Assembly (NCBI GenBank): GCA_965248435.1
Contig: OZ252100.1
Coordinates: 256,001 to 320,000, forward strand
DNA: 64,000 bases
DNA from: Candidatus Latescibacterota bacterium
Lineage (GTDB): Bacteria > Latescibacterota > UBA2968 > GCA-2709665
Direction: 5' to 3'
Positions within the stretch are counted from its first letter, which is position 1, and each line of letters opens with the position of its first letter. The notes beneath the pieces are model-generated. The model saw only the letters and a list, made by a program, of their open reading frames with translations. It made no database searches and had not been told where the DNA came from. Of this stretch, positions 21,215-30,925 are shown in pieces. Position numbers and translations under genes: made by a program.

Positions 21215-21510
21215 CGCGCAAACTCGGTCCCGAATCTCAGTTTCGAGTGAATGCCCTTGTGGATTGGTCGATCCACCATTAGGGCACTATTAACCAAGTA
21301 AATATATATTAATAGTGAGGCCTCGGTCAAGGCCTCATTGAGCCGAACTGGCAATAATCTAAGGTACATATGTATGTTGGAGCAAGCAGAATCTCTCCCC
21401 CGTGCCGTCCAATCTCCTGAAAACCCTTGACCCCTGCAACCGCGCTTGCTAGATTGGTCGCCTGCGGGTTGACTGATCGTGAAAGAACAGGTAGAAGGCA
21501 AGCGCTCAAT

Positions 21511-21873
21511 ATGCCCCACACGATCCTGATTGTTGACGACGATGCAATCGTTCGCCAGGCGTTACGCACGATATTGCGTCACGCAGGGTATGAGACGGTC
21601 GAGGCCCAAAACGGGAAGGAAGCCCTCCAGAAGATCCATCTGGTGGATTATCAACTGATCACGATGGACGTGGCGATGGATGGGCTTGACGGCGTGGACA
21701 CCGTTTCGGTGATCAAGGGCGAACAGGATGTTCCGATCATCGCCATCTCGGCTTTCCTGACGGAAGAGATCAGCGAAGACCTGCGTGCTCGAGGCGTGGA
21801 TCATCTTTTAGAAAAGCCCTTTTCCCGGGCAGATGTCCTTAACGTGGTACGTCGTGCCTTAGGCGAAGCGTAA
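21511..21873 (+). CDS. Stand-alone (CheY-like) receiver
   Basis: ILIVDDD, LITMD, ISA, EKPF. Confidence 0.88.
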   Translation: MPHTILIVDDDAIVRQALRTILRHAGYETVEAQNGKEALQKIHLVDYQLITMDVAMDGLDGVDTVSVIKGEQDVPIIAISAFLTEEISEDLRARGVDHLLEKPFSRADVLNVVRRALGEA

Positions 21874-21879
21874 CCGACC

Positions 21880-22329
21880 GTGGCGACCCGGGAGCATCTC
21901 GATCTCATCCGACAGGGAGTGGATGTCTGGAACGAATGGCGGAAGAAGAATCCTGACAAGCCCGGAGATCTTATCGGGGCCGAACTGAGTCAACTGGATC
22001 TCGGCGGGGCGGACTTATCTGGCTCCGATTTCAGGGGTGCGTTCTTTTTCGATGCGGACTTAAGTTCCGCGAATCTTTCGAGCGCATTGCTGGGAGGCGC
22101 CAACTTTCGCAACACGAACCTGGAGGGCGCAGACTTCACGGACGCCAATCTTCGCGGCGCGAACTTCATGAATGCGAATCTGAGCGGAACAAATTTTAGC
22201 GGGGCGGAGTTCAGTGCGGTATATTTGCGTGGGGTGGATCTCTCAGAATCAGGAAACCTCACTCAAGAACAGATCCAGTCGGCATTCACGGATGTAGAAA
22301 CGAAACTTCCGGATCATTTAGACAAATAG
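21880..22329 (+). CDS. Pentapeptide repeat protein
   Basis: GVDVWNEWR N-cap followed by A(D/N)LxG repeats. Confidence 0.9.
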   Translation: MATREHLDLIRQGVDVWNEWRKKNPDKPGDLIGAELSQLDLGGADLSGSDFRGAFFFDADLSSANLSSALLGGANFRNTNLEGADFTDANLRGANFMNANLSGTNFSGAEFSAVYLRGVDLSESGNLTQEQIQSAFTDVETKLPDHLDK

Positions 22330-22397
22330 GGGTCAAACTCAATTTATGTTTCATCAACCGCCGGGACTTGCTCCTAAAGTGAGCAAAAACGTGAAAG

Positions 22398-22880
22398 GTG
22401 TGTGTGCCTATGACGATTCGCAAAGGTGTTTTCGTTATCGGTGTGTCATTGCTGCTTGCACAATCCTTTGGATGCCATAGTCGCTCAGCAATAAATACAG
22501 GGAGGCTGAAGAGCCAGGCAGCGGTAAAGGGAGAGAAACCCGAGAGCCAGTTAGCGATAAAGGGAAAGAAACAGAAAAAAAGCGTTGAATTCAGTGATTT
22601 GCGCCAGGGGATGCGCGTACGTATAAAACTCGATCCGAAGAGCAAGGTACCCTATTCGAGAGAATTCAAGGTGCGGGGATTCGAGTGTTTTGTGAGGCGC
22701 ATAGAGTCGAACACGGTCTGGGTCGATATGATCAAGGGGTTGGTCGAGTTCGAGATCCCTTCGAAGGATATTCGGAGCATCGAATACCTGGGACTCGAAT
22801 TCGAGGAATCCTTAATCGAGTGGCCGGCGCTCTACATCCCGGCTACCTTGACCGCCCTGCTCCTGCTCATGGGGCAATGA
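22398..22880 (+). CDS. Putative lipoprotein
   Basis: Hydrophobic leader with SFGC; hydrophobic C-terminus. Confidence 0.55.
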   Translation: MCVPMTIRKGVFVIGVSLLLAQSFGCHSRSAINTGRLKSQAAVKGEKPESQLAIKGKKQKKSVEFSDLRQGMRVRIKLDPKSKVPYSREFKVRGFECFVRRIESNTVWVDMIKGLVEFEIPSKDIRSIEYLGLEFEESLIEWPALYIPATLTALLLLMGQ

Positions 22881-22937
22881 CAAAAAAGGCCTTCGACTCT
22901 AGGGCCTGATACGGGATTGACGATCCTCCCTGTTTAA

Positions 22938-22976
22938 ATGAGAGCCTCCATATAGATTTGGGGGCTCTTTCATTTT
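22938..22976. terminator. Terminator hairpin between convergent genes
   Basis: AGAGCCTCCA-N8-TGGGGGCTCT followed by TTCATTTT. Confidence 0.6.
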
Positions 22977-23134
22977 CGTGCCGTCCGCACGCACCTCCCA
23001 CGTGATCGTGATGACTGCAAAGCGCACCCTTCTGTTCTTATCAATGGTGCGATTATGTTCTGCTCTTCATAGAACAGGCAGCTAAAGGCTCCGGAGGACC
23101 GCCTTCAGGGCCTTGGTGCTTCTGTCACTACATC

Positions 23135-23434
23135 TCACGTCGAGTTCGCGTCTTCAAGCTTCCAGCCGGTGAGGAACCCTCCATCGGGATGCGGCTCCGC
23201 CCACGCCAGGCGGACGGTGAGACAGATGTTCAGACGCTCCTCGCGATTCGGGGTGTAGCCCTTGCGCCTGAAGATGTCGACGGCGTCAGTGCGGATCTGT
23301 AAGCCGGAGGTGCTGATGTCCACCATTTCGATGTCGTGATAGCCTTCGCCGTTCATCTGCGCGGTCAGGTTTAACTCGAAGCGTGCATTTTTGCGCCGCT
23401 CACGGTCCGAAACATTCCCGTCACTCACCTGCAT
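23135..23434 (-). CDS. Stand-alone PilZ domain protein
   Basis: ERRKNAR and DISTSG motifs. Confidence 0.85.
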   Translation of the reverse strand: MQVSDGNVSDRERRKNARFELNLTAQMNGEGYHDIEMVDISTSGLQIRTDAVDIFRRKGYTPNREERLNICLTVRLAWAEPHPDGGFLTGWKLEDANST

Positions 23435-23449
23435 ATCTACTCCTTTCAG

Positions 23450-26040
23450 TTACTTGCTCTCCCATCGGTCAACGAAAACAAGGAAGTCACCGAAATCGAC
23501 ATTTCCCTTCTCATCAAGGTCAAAATCCGGGTTCATCGTCCCAAAATTCTGCTTGAAAACTGGAAGTCTAAGAGGTCCAACGCCGCGTCTTTGTTAAAGT
23601 CGGGTCCCAAAGCTGCACTTGCGGCAAGTGTAATAGCAGTCGGACTCTCTGGGCCGTTGTGGACGATCTCCAGAAGCTCACTAACCGTCCCTGGGATTGA
23701 GGTTTCAAAAGTAACCTCTATCGTCTGCGTTTCACCGGTAAGTATAGAGAATGCTGTGGAAGATACCGTAAAAAGTTTACTGGTCGAGATGATTTCCGAA
23801 ATCGCCAGGTCCGCACTGCCGTGGTTGGATAGATCAAAGGTCAGTTGCCTGGTCTCGTTCAATTCCACATCTCCGAAGTCGAGCGTGCTGACGGATTTGC
23901 TGAGCACTGACTGAACCCCTAAGCCTGAGATGTCTAGTTTGGACAGCCCGCCGGGGCCATCGTGAACCAATGTGATCACGGCCGTAGTCTCTCCCGCGGT
24001 TTGTGGGCTAAAGATGACGGCGATGGTATCGATTTCTCCCCCGGACAATACCAGTGAGTCCACCAACACCGTGAATGCGGAATCGGAGGATTGGATTTGG
24101 GTTATCGCCAGGCTGTCGATGCCCGCGTTGTGAACCGTGAACATCCCAGTTCCGGTGTCTCGGACGGAGACGCTTCCGATGTCCAGAGAATCGGGTGATA
24201 CGGTAATCGAGCGCTGGACACCTGTTCCGGTCAGTGAGACGACCGACGGCGAGCCGGACGCGTTGTGCGCGATCGAAAGCTGCGCCGAATGGCTACCCCG
24301 TGATGATGGAGCATACTCGACCGGCACTTCTTCGCTGCTCCCCGGGTCTACCCGAAAGCTCATTCTAGAGACCGAGAAGCTTGCCCCGTCCGGTCCCGTG
24401 ACGGTGATGTCCGAGATGTCCAACGCGACATTCCCGGGATTCGATACGCTGAGCGGCATGATGACCGTGGACCCGACATTGACCTCATCAAAGGACAAAG
24501 AACCCGGCACAGAAAAGGACGCGGCCATTCCGGTTCCGCTCAAAGTCACTTCCTTTGGGCTTCCAGGTCCATTGTAGTAGATGAGGAGGGACGCGCTTTT
24601 GGGGCCGTAGGATCTTGGCGAAAACCCGACTCCCAGAGGCCTGCTGAACCCTGCGCCCACGCCAAAGTTCACTGCCATGCGCCAGAAATGAGACCTGTCG
24701 GGCCCAGAGAGAACGATGTCGGTTACGGTCAAAGGGGTATTCCCGGTATTTTCGATCGTAAGTTCCTGAGTGACTTCAGCGTCAACGTCCACTTCACCGA
24801 AGTCCAGCGTGGCCGAGATAACGAAAGAAGCGGGTTCCTCAACCACAATAGATCCAGAAGATTCCCCTGATCCAGAAGACTCCCCTGATCCAGAAGATTC
24901 CCCTGATCCAGAAGACTCCCCTGATCCAGAAGACTCCCCTGACCCAGAAGACTCCCCTGACCCAGAAGACTCCTCCGTGCCGCTGCCACTCAGGGCCACG
25001 CTGGTGGGACTGCCCGAAGCATTGTGCGTGATGTCGATAGAAGCTGCTTTGGAACCGAGGGAAGTTGGAGCGAGGGTTACGGTCACGCCGTGACTCTGTC
25101 CTGCAGTTACGGTGAAAGAGGTGGGAGAAGCCGAAAATTCAGCCGCGTCTGTGCCCGATAGGGCGATGTTCGAGACGATCAAATCGGCGTTTCCAGAATT
25201 GGATACCGTGAGTGTTTGGGTGTCGGAGGCACCGACCGCAAGCTCGCCGAAGCTCAGGGAGGGCAAAACGGAAATCGACGGCGCCGCAGCGGTTCCGGTC
25301 CCACTCACAGCCACGCTTGTAAGGCCGGCATGCGCGATGTCGAGAGAAGCGGTTTTGGACGCTGACGAGGTCGGAGAAAAAGTCACGTTTACGTTCTGGC
25401 TCTGCCCTGAGCTCACCGTGAAAGCGGCAGGGGAAACTGAAAACTCCGCTGCGTCCGCACCCGATAGGGTGATGTTCGAGACGGTCAAATCGGAGTTCCC
25501 GATGTTGGACACGGTGAGCGTCAGGCTACTGGATCCGCCTACGGCCACGTTGCCAAAGCTCAAAGAAGAGGAAACTGAGATTATGGGAAGGTTGGTCCCC
25601 CTACCCTTCACAGACACCGAAGTGGGGCTGCCAACAGCATTGTGGGTAATGGAAAGCGTTTCGTTCTTTTGCGCTGGGTTGGTCGGTATGAACGTAACTG
25701 TCACGTCTTGACTGCTCGACGGGGCGACGCTGAGGGTCGTCGTTGAAACGGTATACACTCCGTCGCTGGATGTTATGTCTGAAACATCCAGCGTTGTACT
25801 ACCCGTATTAGAAACGGTGAGGGTCAAAGTGGATGGTTGTCCGATGGGTACAACGCCAAAATCCAGGGTGCCTGGAACAGAGATATCGGGAGCTGCCTCT
25901 GCGGGACTCAGGAGCGGAGCAGTCAGCATCAAGAGGAACAATGATAGAGGAACGGTTACCGGCTTCCAACCGAGCCCTGAATTACGATGATTTTTCGAGG
26001 ATTGACCGAGCGGTAGGTGCTTGAAATCGACTGCTGACAT
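23450..26040 (-). CDS. Surface protein with multiple ASH (choice-of-anchor D) Ig domains and a C-terminal dockerin/EF-hand; 1-nt frameshift at 23556-23559
   Basis: Repeated LxFGxV..LTVSNxG..L.V..I domains. Adding one T restores DFNKDAALDLLDF..FG..DFDLDEKGNVDFGDFLVF ending at TAA 23450. Confidence 0.85.
24851..24973. repeat. 18-bp tandem repeat, ~6.8 copies, encoding a (GSGESS)n linker
   Basis: gatccagaaga(t/c)tcccct units head-to-tail. Confidence 0.95.
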
Positions 26041-26048
26041 TCTCTCCC

Positions 26049-26909
26049 TTAATGTCTGACGTTCCAGAGGACGATGAGGTTTGTCACGAGTCGTGCGATT
26101 GCCTTGTCGACGGATATCCGGTCTTTGGAGCTCATTACCAGGGCCTGCAGGATCGTATCTTCCAGCTCTCGAACGTTTCCCGGCCAGGGATAGGCCTGGA
26201 TGAGTATGATCACCTCGGGTGTAATTTCCGGCGAGCGGCATTCGACATCTTGAGCATAGGTCGCCAAAAAATGGCTGGTCAGTAAGGAGATGTCTGCCTC
26301 TCGCTCCCGGAGTGGGGGCAGGTTGATGAGAAATAGACTGAGCCGGTGGAACAGGTCTGAACGAAACTTTCCCAGTTTCATCCGTTCTCGCAGATCGACA
26401 TTCGTGGCCGCGATCAGTCTGAAATCCACCTGAATCGGCTCAGTTCCGTCCACGGGGATCACGACACGGTCGTGGATCGCGAGGAGCAGTCTCTGCTGCA
26501 ATGCAGGGCTCAGTTCCTTGATCCGCTCGAGAAAGAGCGTACCCCCTTCGGCCTGCTCGATCGCACCCGCGAGGCCCATCCCTTCGTGTCCAAACAGCTC
26601 ATTCTCCAACATCGACTCCGTCAGGAGACCGCAGTTGATCGCAACGAAATCCCCTTCGCCACTGCGACTCCGCGCATGGATCGCGCGCGCCACGAGCTCT
26701 TTGCCCGTACCCTCTTCCCCCAGAATCAGCGCTGTGGCAAAACCCTCTTTCAATCTGCGGATCCACCCATGCACGCGCTGCATCTCCTGGCTGACCCCCA
26801 CCAGTCGCTCGAAGGATTCCCGATCGTCCACCTGAGGACCTGCCAGGCAGATATCCCTGGTCTTCCGCCCGACTTCATCCTCTTTCGTTAACAGCATCTC
26901 GATCGACAT
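26049..26909 (-). CDS. Degenerate sigma54-activator AAA+ domain protein
   Basis: GEEGTGKE, INC, ELFGHE, FRSDLFHRL, WPGNVREL; no GAFTGA, receiver or HTH. Confidence 0.85.
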   Translation of the reverse strand: MSIEMLLTKEDEVGRKTRDICLAGPQVDDRESFERLVGVSQEMQRVHGWIRRLKEGFATALILGEEGTGKELVARAIHARSRSGEGDFVAINCGLLTESMLENELFGHEGMGLAGAIEQAEGGTLFLERIKELSPALQQRLLLAIHDRVVIPVDGTEPIQVDFRLIAATNVDLRERMKLGKFRSDLFHRLSLFLINLPPLREREADISLLTSHFLATYAQDVECRSPEITPEVIILIQAYPWPGNVRELEDTILQALVMSSKDRISVDKAIARLVTNLIVLWNVRH

Positions 26910-26971
26910 TGGAAACCCCCTTGGGTTCTGATGTGTGCACGTTCACTCGGCGCACGTGACTGCTATCACAA

Positions 26972-26987
26972 AGCAGTTTCTGTACCA
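26972..26987 (-). promoter_or_regulatory. Putative sigma54 promoter
   Basis: TGGTAC-AGAAA-CTGCT (GG-N10-GC), ~60 nt upstream of the AAA+ gene. Confidence 0.55.
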
Positions 26988-27698
26988 ATGAAGTTGCCTG
27001 ACGGGGCCACGAAACAGAGGCGCACACATCTTCAATGGTTCAAGATAGTTGCGAAACCCTGCCTGAAACGCGTTTGACCTGACTTCCCTGGACGTTGTAG
27101 CATATGGTGAAAGTTGGTGGTTCATATGAATCGTTCTGGCGGATATCTACCGGTTCGAAACAAGTCTAGAGTCGCTGCTGAGGTCAGGAACTCGGTGTTG
27201 GATTCTGTCCATGGGTTTGTTTGCGCGAAAAGAGATCGAGTTGGCTTGGATGTGTGAGCGCAGTCACTTAATAGGAAATACTGTGCCAGCATAGTTGGCT
27301 ACAAACAAAAAGGGTGGCCTAGCTTTCGCAAGGCCACCTATCTCCCATCAATTCTAAATGAGTAATGAAATTATGGATCTTCTATTGAGTATGCGCCTCC
27401 CCTGATGTTTGTGGATCTTTAGATGAAATTTCTAACACATTTCCGAGCTCGGAACCCACTGTTTCTTGCGTAACATCCAGTATCATCCTGGGGCTTATCA
27501 ATTGTGAAACGGTTATGGTTGATCCCGAACGTTATGGTGTATATCCACCAATCCGGCATCTTCTGGGACCAGTTCCGAAGGTGCTTCGTTCGTCCTTCGG
27601 GGCACGAGGTTTTGGGGGGTATCGGCAAAGCCGCTCCTACAATTCACGAGGTTTCATACACCGACCACCTACGAATCTGGCATAACGACTAAAGCAGG

Positions 27699-27714
27699 TG
27701 GCACGCCACTTGCA
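27699..27714 (+). promoter_or_regulatory. Sigma54 promoter
   Basis: Exact consensus TGGCAC-GCCAC-TTGCA, ~100 nt upstream of the hybrid kinase. Confidence 0.75.
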
Positions 27715-27816
27715 TGATTATCCTGGGTCTTGTTGAGGGACGCACGGCCTTAACCTACTCCAAATCTGTGATGACGCAATTCAGGAACCCGGGTGGCAAC
27801 AAGGAGGAAGATTGAC

Positions 27817-29433
27817 ATGGCTAGCCAAACGCTAACCGCTTGTGAGAACGCAGTAGATTTGTCGCAGCTTGGGCGAACCTTGGGCGAAGTCTTTTCTAAA
27901 CAGAGCACTTTCTGCGATGGCAAAGAAGAGCTACAGAACTTTGTAGATCACTTTCCAGATGGCGTGGCCCTTTTGAACGAGGATATGCGCCTGATCATGG
28001 CCAACCGCGCCGCCCAAGACTATCTTCCGAGGTTATGTGACGCAAAGGAAGGGCAGGTGATCTCACAGGTCGGTCCACATCCCATTCGTGATTTGCCTAA
28101 ACGTAGCGAGGAAGGTTCACCCGTCAGGATACAACTGAATGGTCAAGAAACAAGGACCTTTGAGGTAGAACTGAGGGAAATGGCCAAACCCAGTGGCGCC
28201 TGGATCTTGCTGATCAGAGAGGTGACACTCGAGGAAGAACTTAGGGTTCGGGCACAGCTTCAAGCGAAACTTGCGGCGGTAGGTCAGCTTTCAGCGGGAA
28301 TTGCCCACGATTTCAACAATATGTTGACTGTCATCATGGGGTTTGCGGAGCTGCTTGGCATGCGAGCGGATGTTCCTGAAACCGCGAAGCAAAGATTGAA
28401 GATGATCGTTTCCCAGGGTCATCGTGGCGAGCAGCTCATTCGCCAGATTCTGGACTTCAGTCGACAGACCTCTGTGCAAAGACGGCCGGTCGATCTTGTG
28501 CCGTTTCTCGGGGAAGCGGTGAAGCTGCTTGAGCGTACGCTACCCGAGACGATAGAGGTTGTGAGTGAAGTGCGGGGCGGAGAGTCCATCGTCAACGCAA
28601 ATCTGACCCAACTCCAGCAGGTTATTACCAACGTTGCATTTAATGCCCGGGATGCGATGCCAGGCGGCGGCGGGCTCAGGTTCGAACTCGCTCATTTGAA
28701 TTTGGAGCCAGGCAATACACTGAAGATACGCACATACAGCACTCCCATCGTGCCTGAGGTGGGGCCTGGAGATTGGGTCGTGCTTACCGTAAGCGATACA
28801 GGCGAGGGAATGTCATCAGACGTGATGTCACGCATTTTTGAGCCCTTCTATACGACAAAAAAAACAGGGGAGGGCACGGGTCTTGGACTGTCGCAGGTCT
28901 ATGGCATCGTGAAGCAGCACGGGGGCTACATCGACGTAGACAGCGTTATGGGAAAAGGCACAACGCTAAGGATTTATCTGCCGCGGATCACAGAGAAAGC
29001 GGCCTCCCCAAGTGAGGATATCGATGAGGACCTTTCTGAAGGCCAGGGCGAAACGATCCTGCTGGTAGAGGATCAAGACATCGTGGCAGAAGTAATTAAG
29101 GCCATGCTTGAGGACCTGAATTATCGAGTGTTGACTGCGCCAGACGGATCCAAGGCATTGCTCACACTGGATGACCACGAAGACGAAATAGGCCTGGTAC
29201 TGAGTGACGTGGTGATGCCGAACATGGGGGGCCTGGAACTGGCAGAAGCGCTTGTAGAACGGGCCCCCAATATGCCCATCGTCATGATGACCGGGTATAA
29301 GGTTGGCGAAGAAGAAGGTGTCTCGTTCCCGGCCGAAATTGAGGCATACATGGAGAAACCTGTTGGGCTGCTGAAGCTTTCACGGGTTATCAGCAGGGCA
29401 CTGAAAAGTCGGAAGGCGCAGAGGCCCGCTTGA
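27817..29433 (+). CDS. Hybrid sensor kinase (PAS-HisKA-HATPase-REC)
   Basis: AHDFNNML, NARDAM, DTGEG, FYTTK, GTGLGL, C-terminal SDVVMP; AAGGAGG RBS. Confidence 0.93.
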   Translation: MASQTLTACENAVDLSQLGRTLGEVFSKQSTFCDGKEELQNFVDHFPDGVALLNEDMRLIMANRAAQDYLPRLCDAKEGQVISQVGPHPIRDLPKRSEEGSPVRIQLNGQETRTFEVELREMAKPSGAWILLIREVTLEEELRVRAQLQAKLAAVGQLSAGIAHDFNNMLTVIMGFAELLGMRADVPETAKQRLKMIVSQGHRGEQLIRQILDFSRQTSVQRRPVDLVPFLGEAVKLLERTLPETIEVVSEVRGGESIVNANLTQLQQVITNVAFNARDAMPGGGGLRFELAHLNLEPGNTLKIRTYSTPIVPEVGPGDWVVLTVSDTGEGMSSDVMSRIFEPFYTTKKTGEGTGLGLSQVYGIVKQHGGYIDVDSVMGKGTTLRIYLPRITEKAASPSEDIDEDLSEGQGETILLVEDQDIVAEVIKAMLEDLNYRVLTAPDGSKALLTLDDHEDEIGLVLSDVVMPNMGGLELAEALVERAPNMPIVMMTGYKVGEEEGVSFPAEIEAYMEKPVGLLKLSRVISRALKSRKAQRPA

Positions 29434-29584
29434 GGGATATCCAAAACCTCTGATTTCCACCAGTTCGAGCGACCCCCTCCGGCCCTCAAAGGTCACTCGA
29501 TCCTGTTGCAAAAGGTACGGGTTCGAGGTATCATGGACGGTGCAAAGCGGAAATGGATGGACAGTTTATTGACACTCAAGGCAA

Positions 29585-29613
29585 AACAACAAACGGCTCC
29601 CAGAAGGGAGCCG
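29585..29613 (-). terminator. Terminator downstream of the tRNA
   Basis: CGGCTCCC-TTCT-GGGAGCCG followed by TTTGTTGTTT. Confidence 0.75.
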
Positions 29614-29640
29614 CAATCAATTCTCTTACAATCCGTTAAG

Positions 29641-29716
29641 TGGTACCCCTGGCGGGAGTCGAACCCACGACCAACGGATTAGGAATCCGCTGCTCTATCC
29701 TCTGAGCTACAGGGGC
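29641..29716 (-). tRNA. tRNA-Arg(CCT)
   Basis: GCCCCTGTAGCTCAGAGGATAGAGCA-GCGGA-TTCCTAA-TCCGT..GGTTCGACTCC..AGGGGTACCA; 76 nt with encoded CCA. Confidence 0.96.
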
Positions 29717-29764
29717 ACGTTTTCCAAAAACTGCAATATAACTCGATTGGTGGACGTGTCAAGC

Positions 29765-30127
29765 GTGGCCAAGAAAATCTTAGTCGTGGACGATGAAGAG
29801 GAGATGCGGCAGTTTATGACAGACGTACTAACGGGGGCGGGATACGACGTCATTCCACCTGTAGACAGCTACGCAGCTTTGGAGCTCGCCCAAACAGAAG
29901 CCTACGACCTCATCATTCTCGACGATGAGATGCCACTTCTTGACGGACGATCGTTGGTCAAGATTCTCAGGGAATCCGGCGTCCAAACGCCGGTCATTTT
30001 TCTCTCCGGCGCATCAGAATCGGAGGGACTCGAGCCATCTCGGCAGCTGGCTGTCAATGAAGTTATACGCAAACCTTTTCGGGTCGGTCAACTGTTGGAT
30101 TCCACGAATAGTATTCTAACCTCATGA
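29765..30127 (+). CDS. Stand-alone receiver
   Basis: ILVVDDE, LIILD, LSG, RKPF. Confidence 0.85.
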   Translation: MAKKILVVDDEEEMRQFMTDVLTGAGYDVIPPVDSYAALELAQTEAYDLIILDDEMPLLDGRSLVKILRESGVQTPVIFLSGASESEGLEPSRQLAVNEVIRKPFRVGQLLDSTNSILTS

Positions 30128-30637
30128 ATACTGAATCAGAGCGAAGACGCCACGATCGCCCAGCTTTTTTCTCCCCTCCAGGAAAGCCAATTCGATCAAG
30201 AACGCGATTTCAACGATCTCTCCCTTCAGCTCCTCTACGAGTCTGCACGACGCCTCCATCGTCCCCCCAGTCGCCAGCAGGTCGTCAACCATAAGTACTT
30301 TCTGTCCAGGGTGAATGGCGTCCCTGTGAATCTCCACGCTATCTGTCCCGTACTCCAGTTCGTAGGATGCCGAGATCGTTTCGGCGGGTAATTTCCCCGG
30401 CTTTCGGATAGGAACGAACCCGGCCTCGAGTTCCAGCGCCAGTGTCGCCCCGAAAATGAATCCCCGGGCTTCCACGCCCGTAACGACTTCGATCCCCTCG
30501 TGCCGATACCGGTCTCCCAGCTGTCTAATCGACTGTTTGAAGGCTTCACCATTCGACAGAAGCGTCGTGATGTCCTTGAAGAGGATTCCCTGTTTTGGGA
30601 AGTCCGGGATATCGCGGATCAAACTGGATAGGTCCAA
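30122..30637 (-). CDS. apt: Adenine phosphoribosyltransferase
   Basis: PDFPKQGILFKDIT, EARGF, VDDLLATGGT. Confidence 0.96.
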   Translation of the reverse strand: MDLSSLIRDIPDFPKQGILFKDITTLLSNGEAFKQSIRQLGDRYRHEGIEVVTGVEARGFIFGATLALELEAGFVPIRKPGKLPAETISASYELEYGTDSVEIHRDAIHPGQKVLMVDDLLATGGTMEASCRLVEELKGEIVEIAFLIELAFLEGRKKLGDRGVFALIQYS

Positions 30638-30649
30638 GAAAGTTTCCTC

Positions 30650-30925
30650 TCAGAAGCGAATGTCGAAATCGGATTCTCCGGCTTTGGTTTGATGCGGATC
30701 TGTGTTTACGGAGAGGACGCGCGCGCCGGGCGGTCCTAGTTTGATCGCCTCTACAAACTCGGACACCGCATCTTCCACCCCCTCGACCTCCAGCTCCACA
30801 TCCCCATCGGGCCTGTTTCTCACATATCCTACCAGGCCGAGCTGCCTTGCCTTGCTCTGTGTAAAGAATCGGAACCCGACACCCTGGACACGCCCGCATA
30901 CCCTTGCGTGGATTCGGATCGACAT
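30650..30925 (-). CDS. acyP: Acylphosphatase
   Basis: GRVQGVGFR, GYVRN.PDG.VE. Confidence 0.93.
   Translation of the reverse strand: MSIRIHARVCGRVQGVGFRFFTQSKARQLGLVGYVRNRPDGDVELEVEGVEDAVSEFVEAIKLGPPGARVLSVNTDPHQTKAGESDFDIRF

Noticed and set aside
22902-22922. GGGCCTGATACGGGATTGACG resembling a tmRNA 5' end
   Set aside because: Only a loose match, followed at once by a terminator; no tag ORF or tRNA-like 3' end.
24851-24973. Possible CRISPR array
   Set aside because: Head-to-tail 18-bp units with no spacers, in-frame within a CDS; no cas genes in the window.
25112-25711. Long antisense ORFs (also 34078-34653, 57996-58763, 59643-60422, 62360-63007)
   Set aside because: Shadow ORFs opposite well-supported genes, expected from high-GC codon bias; no recognisable motifs.
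29641-29716. tRNA as an island integration site
   Set aside because: No integrase nearby and I saw no duplicated tRNA 3' end in the window.
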